DNA of 64,000 nt. It comes from Alphaproteobacteria bacterium (GTDB taxonomy: Bacteria > Pseudomonadota > Alphaproteobacteria > SHVP01). A program made the position numbers and the translations under genes. Location: contig CANJEJ010000004.1 in assembly GCA_947473325.1 (NCBI GenBank), positions 4,060 through 68,059 on the forward strand, in the 5' to 3' direction. Of this stretch, positions 46,816 to 56,361 are shown one piece after another; within the stretch, counting starts at the first letter, position 1; each line of letters opens with the position of its first letter. The notes under the pieces are model-generated. The model did no database searches and was not told where the DNA came from. It saw only the letters and a program-made list of their open reading frames with translations.

Positions 46816-47527
46816 TGTTCGTGTCCGCTTCGGCGGCGTCACCGCCGTCGACGGCGCCAGCCTGCAGGTCGCGGCCGGGGAATTCCTTGGCCTGATCGGA
46901 CCCAATGGGTCGGGCAAGACGACGCTGTTCAACAGCATCACCGGCGACCAGAAGGTCTCGGAAGGCCGCATCCACTTCAACGGTCAGGACGTGACCGGAT
47001 GGGCCAAGTACAAGCGGGCGCGCGCTGGCCTCGCACGCACCTACCAGAACGTCCAGGTCTTCCCGGAAATGCTGGTGACGGAGAACCTGATCTTCGCGGC
47101 AGAGGCGCGCGGCCAGTCGCCGTCGCCCCAACGCGTCCGCGAGCTGGTCGATTTCCTGTCGCTGACGCATCTCGCCCATGAGCGGGCGGGCAACCTGTCC
47201 TATGGCCAGAAGAAACTACTCAGCATCGGCCTTGCGGTCATAAGCGACCCGCAGATCCTGTTGCTCGATGAGCCGATGGCGGCGGTCAATCCCGTCATGG
47301 TGGACCTGATCGCGGAGCGGTTGGACGCCCTCAACAAACTGGGCGTCACCATCGTGCTGGTTGAGCACAACCTTCCCATCGTGCTGAAGCATTGCAGCCG
47401 CGTGGCCGTGCTGAATTTCGGCCGCATCATCTACAACGGCCCGGCGACGGGTGTGCGAGCGGACGACGGTGTGGCCGAAGCCTATCTGGGTCGAGCCTAC
47501 AGTCTGCCCGCCAAGGTGCCGTCATGA
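46796..47527 (+). CDS. Liv-type ABC ATPase (LivG-like)
   Basis: GTG start overlapping the LivM-like gene by 20 nt. Walker A is GPNGSGKTT; the signature is LSYGQKKLL. Confidence 0.85.
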   Translation: MLLHADNVRVRFGGVTAVDGASLQVAAGEFLGLIGPNGSGKTTLFNSITGDQKVSEGRIHFNGQDVTGWAKYKRARAGLARTYQNVQVFPEMLVTENLIFAAEARGQSPSPQRVRELVDFLSLTHLAHERAGNLSYGQKKLLSIGLAVISDPQILLLDEPMAAVNPVMVDLIAERLDALNKLGVTIVLVEHNLPIVLKHCSRVAVLNFGRIIYNGPATGVRADDGVAEAYLGRAYSLPAKVPS

Positions 47528-48276
47528 CGGCCGTGGGCCTGCCTGCGCTCAAGGCCACGGGCATCCGCGCCAGCTATGGCGTCGGCGAGATCATTCGCGG
47601 CATCGATTTCGAGGTCGCCGCCGGCGAGGTGGTCGTGATCATCGGTCCGAACGGCGCCGGCAAGTCGACCTTCCTGCGCGCGCTCTACGGTCTCATCCAG
47701 ACGACCGGCCTGGTGATGCTGGGCGGCCAGCGGATCGATGACGTGGCGGCAGACCGGCGGCTCGACCTCGGCCTTGCCTTCGTGCCGCAGGGCCGCTGCA
47801 ATTTCGCCGGACTGACGGTGCTGCAGAACCTTGAGGCCGCCTTGCTGCGCCTGCCGCGCGCCAAACGGGCCGCCGCGCTGGAAAGCACGCTTGAGCTGTT
47901 CCCGCCGCTGCGCCGGCTGTTGCGCCGCCGCGCGGGAAACGCCAGCGGCGGCGAGCAGCAGCTTGTCGAGATGGCGATGGCGCTGGTGAGCCAGCCCAAG
48001 GTCGTGTTGCTGGACGAACCGACGCTCGGCCTGTCGCCCATCGCCAGCGAATTCGTCTTCGACACCATCAAGGCGCTGCGCAAGACCGGGACCGGCGTCG
48101 TTATCGTCGAACAGAACGCCCGCCAGGCGCTGGAGATCGGCGACCGCGCCTATGTCTTCGAACAGGGCGTCAGCCGCATCGTCGACCGTTGCGACCGGCT
48201 GCTGGGCGACCGGCGCATCCGCGAAGTCTTCCTTGGCGGCAGCGTCGACGACCTTCCCCTCACGACCGAGTCATAA
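47524..48276 (+). CDS. Liv-type ABC ATPase (LivF-like)
   Basis: ATGA overlap. Walker A is GPNGAGKST; the signature is ASGGEQQ. Confidence 0.85.
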   Translation: MTAVGLPALKATGIRASYGVGEIIRGIDFEVAAGEVVVIIGPNGAGKSTFLRALYGLIQTTGLVMLGGQRIDDVAADRRLDLGLAFVPQGRCNFAGLTVLQNLEAALLRLPRAKRAAALESTLELFPPLRRLLRRRAGNASGGEQQLVEMAMALVSQPKVVLLDEPTLGLSPIASEFVFDTIKALRKTGTGVVIVEQNARQALEIGDRAYVFEQGVSRIVDRCDRLLGDRRIREVFLGGSVDDLPLTTES

Positions 48277-48392
48277 GGGCGGCAGGCGATCGGCCTAGCG
48301 CGGAACAGCACGTCAAAGCGTTCCAGTGTTTTCCGTAACCGCGTCGGCCAGCACACGCCGCGCTTGCAGCGCTCGCAAATAGTCGGCCGCGC

Positions 48393-49037
48393 CTAGGAAG
48401 GCGCCGAAGGCAAAACGATGCCGCCTGAGCGAGCAAGCTCCTCTCGAAGAGACTTGAGCAATGCTTCCTTCGATAGCAGTCCCGGGATGGCAATCCTCGC
48501 GTCGATCACGAAGGTCGGCACCGACCCAATTCCCCATTGCTCCCGGGTCAGGCGCAGCAGACCCTCACATTCCTTCCGGTATGTGTCGTTATCGAGAGCT
48601 GACCTGAAGGATTGAGCGTCAAGGCCCAGCTCCTGGGCGCATCGGGTAAGAACTTCGGGTTTTCCAATATCCAGTTCGTCCTGAAAAAACGCCGTGAACA
48701 TACGGTGGTTGTACTCGCGAGCCCTTCCCTGATCGCGTGCAAACAGCGCTCCTTCAAAGGCAAGACGAGTGTAGGGCTGAGGCGAAACGCGCGGGAGAAC
48801 GATCTTGATGCCCATCCGCTCGGCGAGCGGGTAGACCGAGTTACGCCAGCCGTCCTGGAGATAATCGTCTTCTGGCTTGAGCGTGGGAGTGGGATGGGGT
48901 CTCAGCTCGAATGGCAGCCACTCGACCACCGCATCGCTACCGAGCTCCTTGATTGCCTCGTCGAGAGGGCCCTCGGCCAGAAAGCAGTAGGGGCAGACGT
49001 AATCCGAAACGACTTGAATCTTCATAGGCACTGTCAC
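48393..49037 (-). CDS. DsbA-family thiol:disulfide oxidoreductase (FrnE/HCCA-isomerase-like)
   Basis: The CPYC active site lies in IQVVSDYVCPYCFLAEGPL. Confidence 0.75.
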   Translation of the reverse strand: MTVPMKIQVVSDYVCPYCFLAEGPLDEAIKELGSDAVVEWLPFELRPHPTPTLKPEDDYLQDGWRNSVYPLAERMGIKIVLPRVSPQPYTRLAFEGALFARDQGRAREYNHRMFTAFFQDELDIGKPEVLTRCAQELGLDAQSFRSALDNDTYRKECEGLLRLTREQWGIGSVPTFVIDARIAIPGLLSKEALLKSLREELARSGGIVLPSAPS

Positions 49038-49389
49038 GCGTACCGCTCCCGGTCCTGTTCATGGGAAAGATAAAATGATCGCAGGCGGTGCGCCAGAGGG
49101 CACGATCCGCGTGGAGGTTCAGCAGCTTGTCGTGGCCCTGAGCACGATTGTGGTGCGACGCGAGTCGGATCAGCCTGGGAACCGCCAGACATGGATCGAT
49201 CCCAATTGACACTCATGGGCTTCCTGGGACGCTTGGCAATCAGTGAGCTGCCGCCGCGCTGCGAGTCTGGGAACAAAATCGCGTAGCCTTTGGGGTATGA
49301 TCCTCTTGTCCTGCCAGAGCCGACCTCACCGATGCTTCATACGAACACTGCTTACTTGCTGAAACGACCAGCTGACAGAGGGCTCAATC

Positions 49390-52300
49390 GTGCTGACCCT
49401 TTTTAGGCCCAAAGCATCCGGTCCGCCCCAAGGTTACAAATACTGGGCGTTTATCAGCTACAGCCATCGCGATTCGTCGTGGGGCGATTGGCTACACCGC
49501 AAGCTGGAGACTTTCGTCGTACCGGCCCAGATCATTGGGAAGGACATCAGCGCTGGTGTGCCGCGGCGTCTTTATCCAGTGTTTCGCGACCGCGAAGAAC
49601 TACCAACGGCAGCGGCCCTCAGCTCCAACATCGAGACGGCGCTGCGTGAGTCGAAATATCTCATCGTCATCGGTTCACCGAATGCGGCACGTTCGCTCTG
49701 GGTCAACAATGAGATCGAGACCTTCAAACGACTTGGGGGTTCGGACCGAATCCTTTGTCTTGTCGTCGACGGAGAGCCGAATGCCTCGGCTGACCGTGCC
49801 GGCGAAGAGTGTTTTCCGCTCGCTCTGCGCTACCGCTATGACGCCGCGGGCCAGCGCACCGACGTGCGCAGCGAACCGCTGGCGGCGGATGCCCGTCCGG
49901 GCAAGGATGGCAAACGCAACGCGCTGTTGAAGATCATTGCCGGTGTACTCGGCATCGACTATGCGAAGCTCAAGGATCGTGAAGGTCGTCGCCGTGCAAG
50001 ACAGCTGGCCGCAGTCGGCTCCCTTGTCGGCGCGGCCATTCTACTGTTCGCCGGGCAGCAATTTCTTGCCTACCGCAATCTTGCCGTCGAGCACGCCGCG
50101 ACCGAGCGGGCGTTGCTGGAATCCGAACTCCGCCTCGCTGAAAGCCAGGTGGCGCGGGGTGGGATGCTGGAAGAACGCAATGACTACACCGGGGCGAAGA
50201 ATGCCTATGCCCAGGCCTATGCCATACAGGCGCGTCATGCGGTGTCAGACCTGGCGGCGCGGCTCGGCTACCTTTCGGCGCAGGAACATCTGCCGGACCC
50301 GCTGCTGCGCTTCAGGGCTGACACGCCAGTTTCCGCGCTTGCCGTTGATGGTACAGGTTGCTGCCTGGTCACCGGACATGACGACGGCAGTATTGCGGTC
50401 TGGAAGACAGACGCCGGCCAGCCGCGCAGAACCCCTGTATCGACCGCCCCGATTGCGGGATTGGGGCTCATCGCAGGTTCGTCTCAGGCGGTTGTCGTCG
50501 ATCGTCTCGGCCGCGTTGTAGTCGTCGATATCGACGCCGGTAGTAGTCGCGTGGCGAGCGATGGCGCACTCGGCACAGTGAGTGCGGTTGTCGTCATGCC
50601 GAACGGTCAGGTGCTTTTGGCCGTGACATTGCCGCCCGCCCCTTCGGCCGCCGACCCGAGCAAGCAGGAACCCCGCTCTCGGGTTATTCACTACGACGCT
50701 CTGACCCAGAACATAGTACGGGACTTCCTGTTTCCCGGACCGGTCCGCGCGCTGGCTCTAAGCCCTGACGGCACATCGATCTTTGTTGCCGACGAGATCG
50801 CAGTAGAAATCGTCTTTGACCCTGGCCCCGCTATTCGACGCCGTTTTGTCGGCAACAAGGCGAGCAAAGACTTTTCCAGCCATGGCTTCGTCTATCAGTT
50901 CCGCATCGACAGCATGGCGGTCTCGGCGGACGGCGGCACACTCGCGCTGGGCTATAGCGATGGCATCCTGGAGTTTTGGGATCTCAATACAGGCAAACAG
51001 ACCTACGGCACGCGGGTGCTCGTTGGCAGCATCGGTACCCTTCACGATGGCAACGAGGGAAAAGCCTTTCTCTTCGGCGACAATGACGGTCGAGTGAGAG
51101 CGGTGGAACAAAAGAAGCGGCGCAACCTGCACCGTCACATTGCGCCAGTCGTTGCGCTGGCGCTGACGCCCGACGGCACCACGATCGTCAGCACGGATGG
51201 CCATGATATTGCGCTGTACAGTGGCGGTGACAGCGCCACATGGCTGCACCGGATCGGGCACGACGCTGGCATGATGCCGACCGCGGATTTCTCGCCCGAC
51301 TCGCGTCTGATGGTTACCCACGAATTGCTTGATGAGACGATTCACGTTTGGAGTGTCGCCAGCCAAGTCCGGCTGGTTTCTATTGCTTTTGACGATACGG
51401 TGACGGCGGCGTACTTCGTCAGCGCTAACGAACTGTTAGTGGCATTGAGCAGCGGCAGGGTGTTTTTGTACGATCTCGTCAAGCGCCAGGAGACTAGCCG
51501 CCTGCGAGAAGCAGGTGGCTCAGAGATCGACGCCTTCACCCTCTCTAAGAATCGGCAGCGTTGGGCAGTCATGTCGGGCGCACAGGTCACCGTCGCTGAT
51601 GTGCACGGTAAGAATCAGACCCATCTGCCCGTCGCCGTCAGCAAGCAAGGGGCTGTCCTGACATTGTCGCACGACGGCTCACGCATCGCCGTCGCCGCTG
51701 CTGGCCAAGTGACGGTTTGGACGGCTGCCGATCGTCGTCGCTTGCAGCAAATCGATCTCCCTCCGGGCCAAGCCATCGGTGCGATGGTACTAAGTGACGA
51801 CGACACCATGCTGGTGACGGCACATGAGGACGCTCGCCTCAGAGTCTGGGACATTCCCAGTGGTCGCATGGTGCGCACGATCCGCGGTCATGAAGGCGGT
51901 CTTGTGACCGCACTTGCGTTGATGCCGGACAATCGGACCGTCATTTCTGGCGGGTTCAACGGCGATCTCCGTTTCTGGGAAATCGGCGAAGGCAATGAAC
52001 TGCACAAGGTAGACGTCGGTCCGCCGATTCGGAAACTGACGGTTTCGCCGACGGGTGTCCTTGCCTTAGGCGTCTTCGGTGACTCTAACGTCTATGGCGA
52101 GATCGATCTCGTCCTGCTCGACAGTACGCCCGGTCGAACCTTAATCGAAGCATCCGGTTCGTTCAGCCGCGGACCGCAGGCTATTGCAACGCGTAAGCAA
52201 GCCTTCGTGAGCATGGCCGATTGGTACCGGACGCGCGGCCGTTGTCCTGAGGCGATCAGACTTTACGATCTTGCCTGGCAAGTGGACCGGCGATTCCCGG

Positions 52301-52449
52301 GCGAGCCAGATGGCATGATCGATTGCCTGACCAAGACTGACAATGAAGCAAGGGCATTGTCCGTGCTTGAGACGATTGCTGCGAACGGCGCGGAGCGGGA
52401 CAACGACATCGCCGCTCGGCTTTGGCTTCGATATCTTGAGGCAAGGTGA
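49390..52449 (+). CDS. TIR-domain / transmembrane / TPR-like / WD40-repeat protein (1019 aa), candidate anti-phage effector
   Basis: GTG start with an AGAGGG SD. YWAFISYSHRDSS...VFRDREELP...YLIVIGSPNAARSLWVNNEIETF is a TIR_2-type pattern. A TM helix (LAAVGSLVGAAILLFAG) is at about residue 205. WD motifs (IAVWKTD, LEFWDLNTG, RVWDIPSG, LRFWEIG) span residues about 330-900. Confidence 0.75.
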   Translation: MLTLFRPKASGPPQGYKYWAFISYSHRDSSWGDWLHRKLETFVVPAQIIGKDISAGVPRRLYPVFRDREELPTAAALSSNIETALRESKYLIVIGSPNAARSLWVNNEIETFKRLGGSDRILCLVVDGEPNASADRAGEECFPLALRYRYDAAGQRTDVRSEPLAADARPGKDGKRNALLKIIAGVLGIDYAKLKDREGRRRARQLAAVGSLVGAAILLFAGQQFLAYRNLAVEHAATERALLESELRLAESQVARGGMLEERNDYTGAKNAYAQAYAIQARHAVSDLAARLGYLSAQEHLPDPLLRFRADTPVSALAVDGTGCCLVTGHDDGSIAVWKTDAGQPRRTPVSTAPIAGLGLIAGSSQAVVVDRLGRVVVVDIDAGSSRVASDGALGTVSAVVVMPNGQVLLAVTLPPAPSAADPSKQEPRSRVIHYDALTQNIVRDFLFPGPVRALALSPDGTSIFVADEIAVEIVFDPGPAIRRRFVGNKASKDFSSHGFVYQFRIDSMAVSADGGTLALGYSDGILEFWDLNTGKQTYGTRVLVGSIGTLHDGNEGKAFLFGDNDGRVRAVEQKKRRNLHRHIAPVVALALTPDGTTIVSTDGHDIALYSGGDSATWLHRIGHDAGMMPTADFSPDSRLMVTHELLDETIHVWSVASQVRLVSIAFDDTVTAAYFVSANELLVALSSGRVFLYDLVKRQETSRLREAGGSEIDAFTLSKNRQRWAVMSGAQVTVADVHGKNQTHLPVAVSKQGAVLTLSHDGSRIAVAAAGQVTVWTAADRRRLQQIDLPPGQAIGAMVLSDDDTMLVTAHEDARLRVWDIPSGRMVRTIRGHEGGLVTALALMPDNRTVISGGFNGDLRFWEIGEGNELHKVDVGPPIRKLTVSPTGVLALGVFGDSNVYGEIDLVLLDSTPGRTLIEASGSFSRGPQAIATRKQAFVSMADWYRTRGRCPEAIRLYDLAWQVDRRFPGEPDGMIDCLTKTDNEARALSVLETIAANGAERDNDIAARLWLRYLEAR

Positions 52450-52576
52450 GCGCCGTCTGCGAGACTTCCGGAAGATTGCACTGGTGTCAGTGACGGCCGC
52501 GGGCAGGGGGTCGAAATCTCTACAGCTTTTCGACTCCTAGACCGTCCCCCAATCTCCGGTGTGCTCCCGCGAAATT

Positions 52577-52638
52577 GGGGGTGGGGGGGGTTCGGAAGGT
52601 AAGGGGTTCGGAAGGCCCGGTGTGCACGCCGTGCACAC
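52577..52638. repeat. G5TG8 homopolymeric tract, 11-bp tandem direct repeat (GGTTCGGAAGG x2) and 19-bp perfect palindrome (GTGTGCACG-C-CGTGCACAC)
   Basis: All read directly from the sequence, inside the 460-bp convergent intergenic spacer between the TIR gene and the P-loop gene. Confidence 0.6.
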
Positions 52639-52910
52639 AAGCCAGACACGCAAGCCGCCCATCCGTTGTGTTGAATTTTCTTATGCCGCAATGGTTTCGC
52701 GGTGGAATAGCAACAGCGACAACGCCCGCCGAGCAACCAGAGCTGCTGTAGATGAACCTCTCACCCTCTCTTCTAGGATAAGACGTTGTCAGTGTAGCCA
52801 AAGACAGCTGAAACCATTGATTCCACGAGATCTGTTGGTCACGAAGAACTTGCAACAGCGATGGCACCATCGCCACGCCACCGCTGGTGGGCGCGAAAGC
52901 AACCGATCAG

Positions 52911-55154
52911 CTAGTTGTTCTCGTCGGTGTCGGTGGACGGCTTGGGAGAGACCGTTTTTGGGGCCGGCGGCGGATCTATCGGCAGCGCATCCAGGGGCAG
53001 GCAGGCCGCCCGCGATTTGGTGCCGGCAAAGGTGAGGGGGTGGCCGGACGGCGTGGCGCCGGAAACACGGCGGAGGGACTGACTCCAGACCCCGTTGGCC
53101 CAACGGCTCCCCCGATAGATCTGAGTCAAACCCTGATCGTTCTCGCTGTTGGACACCGCCAACGCCGCGGCGTCCCTGATCGAGCGACTCACCTTGCCGT
53201 CCCGTGTAACGACCAACAGGCCGTGACGCCTAAGATTTGCATGGGCCCAGCGATTGCCATTGAGAGCCGCCACGATGACTTCGCCAACAGTCAGGGTTTG
53301 TCTCCTCGTGACCTTCACCGTGCCTTGCTTTTCTTCATACTCGACAACGATGCGGCTACTGCAGAGATGGTTCAGGCATTGCTCGGGATCACCCTCCCCG
53401 TCGGCGCCTGTCACATCCTCGACCGCGAAGAGTCGCACCACGGTCTCGGCGTCGGATGCCGTCGCGACTTTGTCAGAGTAGAAGATCTCGGCCGCGCCGA
53501 GCAGTGGTGCCATTCGGTCGATTGAGCGGGGGCTGTGCCCCGCTTCGGCGAGAACCATCTCATAGAGGTCGATGTTTGCCTGGAGGCGGCCATCAGCAGC
53601 GGCATCAAGAACACGACGCATAAAACGCGGGCCGAGGTCTGAGAAGTCGCGAAGGCGCTCTCTATGAGCGCGGCCGATGGGCTCGCCACTCTCATCCGAT
53701 CCGGTGGGCAGCGGTAGAAGCTCGAGCTTGTAGAAGCGACTTTGATCTTGCGGTCGCAGGGTCACATGCAGAATGGACGTGATGCAGATGATGGCGTTGA
53801 CTGGCCACTGCGTGGCGACACCGCCGGCGCTTCCCCGCCCCACCGGCGCCTGGTCGGCGGTCGAAGCGAGACGAGAGAGGTCATAGACGTCGCGGGCCCG
53901 CCCCTGACGATCGGTTTCCAGCTCATCAATCAGCACCGCGCGGGCGCCAGAACCCAATTGCTGACGGATGCCGGCCTCCGTCGGTGCCGAGAGGCAAAGG
54001 GCGGTGCTGCCCAGCAGTTTCTTGAGTAGTCCATCAAGCGTGCTCTTGCCGCTGCCGCTGCGCCCTGTCACGAGCAAATGCGGCCGCCACGAAAGCAAGC
54101 CCGGGATCATTGCGCAGGCAATCCAACCCAGAAGGATCCGGGGTGCGGTGAGAGGCGCTGCCCAGACCCAACTCTCGACGAAATTCAGCAGGTCTTGCGC
54201 TTGCGCTAGCGTCGCAGCTTCGTTAGCCGGCCGCGTCACCGGGATGCTGCGCGGATAGACATAACCGCCGAGCAGGAAGCCGGGTTCGCGCCACGTCTTG
54301 TCCACCAACACCGCATCGCCACAATGAACAATCAGGGTGCGCCGTCCTGCAGTCTCCGGACCCCGCCACACGCCAACGTCCCGGATCTGCCGAGGCGGGT
54401 CAAAACTGCCTGCCGCCGCCGCTTCATGGATTAGGAAGTCCCGGGCCTTGTCGGGCACCCAACCGACTACAGAACCTTCCTTGTATTTCGGGAAAGTTTT
54501 GCGCAGCCACTCGACGTCACCATCGAAGAGACCTGAAATTTCGTGCGCCGTGAAGTCCCGCGCCTTCAACTTCCTCAGTTGCCCATCCTTCTGGATGAAA
54601 TGATAGGCGCCCTCGCTGTCCTTCCCGATCGGTGTGATCGGTATGCCATCATGCGGCAAACCATCACCTTCATTCCTGTGGCCTCTGTGCGCGTTGTCCT
54701 TCGACCTGTGCGCGCTGCCGCCGACATGTGACTCCCCACCGCCGTCACCACCGGATGTTTGCTCGCCGACATGCGAGGCCTGCTCGTCTTGATTTCCCAT
54801 GATTTCCCGATGGGGATCTGCACTGCGGTCCTCAGCGGCCACGATGGCGCGGCTCCCACCTGCGGAGGTGCGTGGTTCGTTTGCGTGCTCCGACGGGGCC
54901 GGCACGTGCAGCTCAGCTTTCTGGATGAGGTCCCTGATTCGCTGTTCCCCCACTCGGGATTCCGATGAGGCGTCCGCGCTTCGTCGTTTCGATGCCATGA
55001 CGGTACCCGGTCGCGAGTCGCGCCAAGCGGAATCCAAAGCGTACTCAGTCGCGCGCTGCGGCCATGATCCACAAGTCTGATGATTCCGGGAATTGTGATG
55101 TTGGTTCCTATTCATTCCCTGTTGTTCCGCAAGATCGATGGCTAATATGGCCAC
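52911..55154 (-). CDS. P-loop NTPase, putative mobile-element replication/primase-helicase-like protein
   Basis: 747 aa. Walker A is LVTGRSGSGKSTL; Walker B-like is VLIDELE. A Gly/His-rich low-complexity N-terminal region is present. The start is uncertain (GTG at 55154 or ATG at 54998). Confidence 0.55.
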   Translation of the reverse strand: MAILAIDLAEQQGMNRNQHHNSRNHQTCGSWPQRATEYALDSAWRDSRPGTVMASKRRSADASSESRVGEQRIRDLIQKAELHVPAPSEHANEPRTSAGGSRAIVAAEDRSADPHREIMGNQDEQASHVGEQTSGGDGGGESHVGGSAHRSKDNAHRGHRNEGDGLPHDGIPITPIGKDSEGAYHFIQKDGQLRKLKARDFTAHEISGLFDGDVEWLRKTFPKYKEGSVVGWVPDKARDFLIHEAAAAGSFDPPRQIRDVGVWRGPETAGRRTLIVHCGDAVLVDKTWREPGFLLGGYVYPRSIPVTRPANEAATLAQAQDLLNFVESWVWAAPLTAPRILLGWIACAMIPGLLSWRPHLLVTGRSGSGKSTLDGLLKKLLGSTALCLSAPTEAGIRQQLGSGARAVLIDELETDRQGRARDVYDLSRLASTADQAPVGRGSAGGVATQWPVNAIICITSILHVTLRPQDQSRFYKLELLPLPTGSDESGEPIGRAHRERLRDFSDLGPRFMRRVLDAAADGRLQANIDLYEMVLAEAGHSPRSIDRMAPLLGAAEIFYSDKVATASDAETVVRLFAVEDVTGADGEGDPEQCLNHLCSSRIVVEYEEKQGTVKVTRRQTLTVGEVIVAALNGNRWAHANLRRHGLLVVTRDGKVSRSIRDAAALAVSNSENDQGLTQIYRGSRWANGVWSQSLRRVSGATPSGHPLTFAGTKSRAACLPLDALPIDPPPAPKTVSPKPSTDTDENN

Positions 55155-55210
55155 CGGTGGGACCAGTCGACCGCTGAACTGAGATCAGCGATGTTTCGAA
55201 GGTTCTTGCC

Positions 55211-55885
55211 ATGACCCATTCCTCACCAAGTGCATTTAACGCAGCGGGGGCACCACCAGCCGAAGGCGGCGAATACATCAACACGACCTCCGCCTGGTTG
55301 GCAGCCGAGCTGGAGCGATATCACCAAGCCCACGTAGCGGGTCATCTTGGAGCCGCACCCTCCGCCTTACTGTTTTGTCGTGATTACAAGCTGCCGATCC
55401 CTATGTGGGTTGCCCGCCACTGCTACCTCCACATTGTCAGCCAGGGAAAAGCGGGCAAACGTTTCGGCCGCACCGGCGGCGTGGTCGGTCAAGCGCGGCA
55501 GCAGGTCGTTGCGCATCTGCGATGGGACACCGTGATCCGGTTGCGCGAATTGCAGGGCCTCCTGCGCGTGTGGATTGAGCGCTACGGCGATGTCGTACCG
55601 CCCAGACGATTGGCCCGGTGGCGTGCGAGTCGTGCCAGGCTCGGGCAGAGTTGGGAGCGGGTCTTCATCTGCGCTCCGGTCCTGCTTCGTGGGGCCGCCG
55701 CTCACGGCTCACCAGCGACAATCCAGGAAAGTTACGAGCGCGTGAAAAACGCCTATCGAAGTGACGAGGTCGACCCGTTGGTTTGGCTACCGGCCGGGCC
55801 CTTTCTTGAGGATCTTGGTCTCATGGAAATGGTCGGGTTGCGCGACCAGAAACTCAACGAGTTGTTCCCCCCAGTTTTTGGATAG
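55211..55885 (+). CDS. hypothetical protein (island cargo)
   Basis: 224 aa, coding-like. First gene of the plus-strand run. Confidence 0.4.
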   Translation: MTHSSPSAFNAAGAPPAEGGEYINTTSAWLAAELERYHQAHVAGHLGAAPSALLFCRDYKLPIPMWVARHCYLHIVSQGKAGKRFGRTGGVVGQARQQVVAHLRWDTVIRLRELQGLLRVWIERYGDVVPPRRLARWRASRARLGQSWERVFICAPVLLRGAAAHGSPATIQESYERVKNAYRSDEVDPLVWLPAGPFLEDLGLMEMVGLRDQKLNELFPPVFG

Positions 55886-55928
55886 GCAATCTGCCACGCT
55901 CCATCTCCGCGCATCGTGAGGTGTGGAG

Positions 55929-56165
55929 ATGGCCAAAGTAGACGAGCCGCTTGAGCGGTTGGGTACGAAGGAAGTTGCCGCGTATTTGGGACTCGCGTCC
56001 TCCACGTTGAGAAAGTGGCGCATGACGGGCGATGGCCCGCCGTTCCACCGTCTGGGCAAGCGCCTGATCTTCTACAAGCTGGCCGATCTGGAAGCCTGGC
56101 TAGAGGAATGCAGCCGCCAGCGCCCTCCGGGCTATAACCTGCAGGGTGCGACGGGGCATGAGTAA
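55929..56165 (+). CDS. AlpA-family HTH transcriptional regulator / excisionase-like
   Basis: LGTKEVAAYLGLASSTLRKWRMTGDGPPFHRLGKRLIFYKLADLEAWL matches the AlpA/Xis MerR-type HTH pattern. A GAGGTG SD is present. The inverted repeat CCATCTCC...GGAGATGG overlaps the start. Confidence 0.6.
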   Translation: MAKVDEPLERLGTKEVAAYLGLASSTLRKWRMTGDGPPFHRLGKRLIFYKLADLEAWLEECSRQRPPGYNLQGATGHE

Positions 56166-56361
56166 CGGGCTCGCCCCCGATCTGCTCACGCCCACCGAGC
56201 GCATCGCCGAGTTGGGCGCCCTGCTGGCCGCCGGCCTCATCCGTCTCCACGCTTCCCAGTCAAGTCGAACATCTGCCGTGTCCCGAGACAGTTCGGTGGA
56301 CTGTGCCGCCGACCAGAGCGTCGATGCGACCGCCCTCAACGAGACGGAGGAAGACGCATGA
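56158..56361 (+). CDS. small hypothetical protein (67 aa)
   Basis: The start overlaps the AlpA-like stop. Its stop overlaps the next start (ATGA). Confidence 0.3.
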   Translation: MSNGLAPDLLTPTERIAELGALLAAGLIRLHASQSSRTSAVSRDSSVDCAADQSVDATALNETEEDA

